Source of the DNA: Eledone cirrhosa
Lineage: Eukaryota
Reading direction: 5' to 3'
NCBI GenBank assembly: GCA_964016885.1
Contig: OZ024743.1
Span: 179,800,001-179,864,000 of the forward strand
DNA length: 64,000 nucleotides
Part shown: positions 60,911 through 64,000 of the stretch, piece by piece
Position numbering within the stretch: the stretch's first letter is position 1
Layout: each line of letters begins with the position of its first letter
Program-made: the position numbers and the translations under genes
Notes under the pieces: generated by a model
What the model was told of the DNA's origin: nothing
The model's input: only the letters and a program-made list of their open reading frames with translations
The model's database searches: none

Positions 60911-62507
60911 TTAATGATGGTGATGGTGTTGGTGTTTGGGGTGATGGGTTGGTGATGCTGGTGTGGATGGTGGCATATCTGTCCTAACTTTTTTGTTTGT
61001 TAATTTATTTGTTTCCCTCTGTATTTTGTTTTTGGAGGGGAAGGAAGAGAATTTTTTCTTTTTTGGTTTCTTTTTTTTTCCTGATACCGTTTCCCACTCC
61101 TCGTCGTCACAATCTGTCTCCAGTGGTGATAGGCCGGGGAGTGGAAAATCCTCCACAGGCGTTAGTTTTGGTTGTGGCGTGGTGGATGGTGTAGGCGCTG
61201 GTGCTAGTTCTGAAGCGTTGTGTGGTGGTGGTGTTGGTTTTGCTGGTGGTGGTGGTGTTGGTTTTGCTACTGTTGCTGGGGTCGTTGCTGTTATAGTTGC
61301 TTCTGTTGTTGCTGTTACAGTTGTTACTGCCATCTCTGCTACTGGTGGTGTTGATGGTTTAGTCACTGGGGTGGGTAGGCGAGGTGGCCTCAACCTTTTA
61401 GCCTGTGGGCAGAAAGCCCTTAGGTGGGTTCCTTCACCACAAACGACACACCTAGGCCTTCTGCCTTCGACAATTACGGTGAGGTGGCTGCCGTCAGTGA
61501 GGTCTATTACCTCTGGGATCTCCTCAATGCATTTTTGGTCCGCTTGGATCAGGAGCTCCATCCCAGATCCGGACCAGTTCTCCTGCTTTTCTTTTGCTAT
61601 TGCTATTATCTTTGTGTTGGCTTCGATGCCGGCGAGGACGGCCGCTATTAGCCAGGGAATTTCGATGGCCGGTGGAACGTGGGTCACCCTGATCTTTACG
61701 AGTCTCTGGCCACAATAGCTTGGGACGAGTGTGAAGTCGTCACTTCTTAATGGGGCTATGGAGTGTTCTCTAGCCTCCTCTGGTGTTTCAAAGAACACGT
61801 CCACGGTTCCATACTTCTGCCCACGTCTGATGTGGGTTTTTCTTGCCCACACATGTCCCAAAGTTTTTGGATTTGGGACTCGGATGCCCGTTCCACTCGG
61901 CGCGATTTTACATTAATTGTTCGATACGACACGGTGCATAGGCACCGATGCTCCATTTTATTAGGTGGCGGGTGAGGCTGACCCTGTACCCATCTTTCTT
62001 TACCATTTTTTTGGCATTTTCTAATTCCTCCTGAGTTACCGTAAATGCTTCGCACTGTTTTGCTACTCTGGCAAAACTCAGGGTGGTTTTTTTAATGTCA
62101 TTGTTGCTGTTGTTGTTATTGTTATTTTTGTTATTATTAATTTTAGTTTCAGTTGTGGTGGTGGTGACGTCAGTGGAGTTCGGTTTGGAAGAATCCATTT
62201 TGGTTGAAAATATTTCGACATCACGAGTTGATTTATTTTTTCCTTTTGTTTCTGTTGTCGCGGTGGTGGTGGGGGTGGTGGTGGTGGCGGCTTTAACACC
62301 TGCAGTCATTGGTAATGGTGGGAAATGAATGTCTGCCTGAGACAAATTTAAAATATTGCTACTGCTTAAATTGTTTGTGTTGGCAAACGTAGTATCATTT
62401 ACAATGGTGGTGTCGGTGTGAGGTGTTAATTTGTGAGGAAGGCTCTCAGCTGCTTGGTGCAGAGGTGAATTAGCCATTTTTTTACAAAGAAATTTTTTGA
62501 TAATCAT
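60911..62507 (-). pseudogene. Tx1-like ORF1 (gag-like, CCHC zinc knuckle, Pro/Thr-rich tail)
   Basis: SFARVAK, VTHVPP and EGRRPRCVVCGEGTHLRAFCP (CX2CX4HX4C). Split into two frames. Confidence 0.75.
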
Positions 62508-62686
62508 AAAAGTTTAAATTTTGGGCACAAGGCCCCAATCTTTTTGGGTGTCCTTTTCGGAAAACAATGTGTGTGCGCTTATATATAGTTAACAATAAAA
62601 ATTTTCCATAAATGGCAATTTTTAACAAACGGAAATAACAAACTTTTGCGGAGCTCACGATGATACGATTTACTACGTAGGTCGCC

Positions 62687-62740
<54 letters not shown>

Positions 62741-62742
<2 letters not shown>

Positions 62743-64000
62743 GAAGCAGACAATGATCTGAATGCTGAAATAAATAATACCTGGAACAAAGATACGGCCA
62801 TTGAGGAGATGAATGCTGACGGGCTAGGACAAGATCTGGTTGATATCCTAAACTTAGTGGTAGATGAATTGAACAATGATAGTGGGAAACCTATGAACCT
62901 AAGATTTGTAGACAGGAAAAAGTTATAAGAAACAACAGCTAAGGTAAACAAAGTCATCCCATACCTTGAGGCGAGGAGCCTTCACCAGTGCAACAATATC
63001 CTCAAAGCAACAGCAAATGCGGTGAGGAAATTACTTGGCATAAAAGCGAGAGGAAATAACAAACAAGAAAGATCAGAGCCTTGGTGGAAGAAACGACTGA
63101 GTGGTCAAATCAGGGAAATGAGAAATGACATTGGAAAGCTTGAGTCCCTACTGAATGGGACACTGAAAAACATAGACACTAAAAATAGACTGGAAATAAA
63201 GTACAAAACTAGGAGGAAAAAGCTAAATATTATCATAGAGGAACTGATGCAACGCATTGTAGCAAATAGTGCAAAAATTAGGCGATACGAGAGCAGAGTC
63301 AGTCAGTATAGACAGATCCGCATGTTTGACAACAACCAGAAGATGTTGTTTGGACAGCTTGAAGGGAAAGAAAGATGCAACGACTTGATCCCTGTGGCAG
63401 AAAAAACTAAGACATTCTGGAGAGGAATATGGGAGCAGGATGTTAAACATAAAGACAAGGCAGTGTGGATTGAGACACTACAAAAGGAGATTAGTGAACA
63501 GGCACGCCAACAAACTGATTTGAGTATCACAGTTGAAACAAAGTTGAAACACAGTTGAAACACTTAAGTTGAAACTAACCAACTGGAAATCACCAGGCCC
63601 AGATGGTGTGCAGGGGTATTGGATTAAAAATATAACATCCCTCCACCCGAAACTGACAACCATGTTCAATGACTGGTTGATGTCAGGTGAGGTACCAGAG
63701 TGGTTGACAAAAGGTACCACAGTTCTGGTAATGAAAGACCGAATCAAGGGTAATGATGTTACCAACTATAGACCTATCACATGTCTGTCCGTAATGTGTA
63801 AACTGTTGACAAGCATTGTGTCTGAGGAAATCTACCATCACCTCCACACAAACAACTTGTTACCGGACGAACAGAAAGGATGCCGAAAGAAGTCCCGTGG
63901 TACAAAGGACCAGTTACTTATTGATAAGATGGTAATGAGGAATTGCAAGAGGAGACACACTGGTCTTGCCATGGGATGGATAGACTACAAAAGGGCATTT
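62741..64000 (+). mobile_element. R4 family C, 5'-truncated second copy running off the window
   Basis: Highly similar to 53512-54673. Begins directly after (TAA)n at 62688-62740. Confidence 0.9.

Larger units (their letters stand above)
57141..62687 (-). mobile_element. L1/Tx1-clade LINE (ORF1 + APE-RT ORF2), frameshifted, 3' UTR missing
   Basis: ORF1 pieces at 60911-62507, ORF2 pieces at 57141-60514. The 5' end abuts (TTA)n. Confidence 0.85.

Noticed and set aside
60963-61718. 251-aa plus-strand ORF and other antisense ORFs over LINEs
   Set aside because: These are shadow frames of the retroelement ORFs on the opposite strand.

Overview
This is AT-rich animal (metazoan) genomic DNA made almost entirely of retroelements and microsatellites. 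The repeat content suggests a cephalopod (octopus-like) genome, which is an inference. I can support no host gene, tRNA or rRNA gene or CRISPR array, and most short ORFs in the track are translations of (TA)n, (TACA)n or (TAA)n tracts. Contents: (1) At least four families of R4/Dong-clade RLE non-LTR retrotransposons. Families A and B sit in (CATA)n tracts and families C and D in (TAA)n tracts, often stacked head-to-tail; family B at 5.5-9.7 kb is nearly intact. (2) A degraded L1/Tx1-type LINE on the minus strand (57.1-62.7 kb). (3) A Penelope-like element with RT and GIY-YIG (15.3-17.45 kb), plus about ten (TA)n-anchored asymmetric fold-back insertions, several carrying minimal type I hammerhead ribozyme motifs, some with a compensatory U3:A8 core. 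(4) tRNA-derived SINEs, a promoterless LINE-derived non-autonomous family with (TATG)n tails, Helentron/HINE-like elements and two minisatellites. The most interesting patterns are the partitioning of microsatellite types among element families, the recurring fold-back-plus-tail architecture, the variant hammerheads, and a frameshifted R4 family that appears to have been mobilised in trans. Boundaries were read by eye and are approximate to a few bases or tens of bases.
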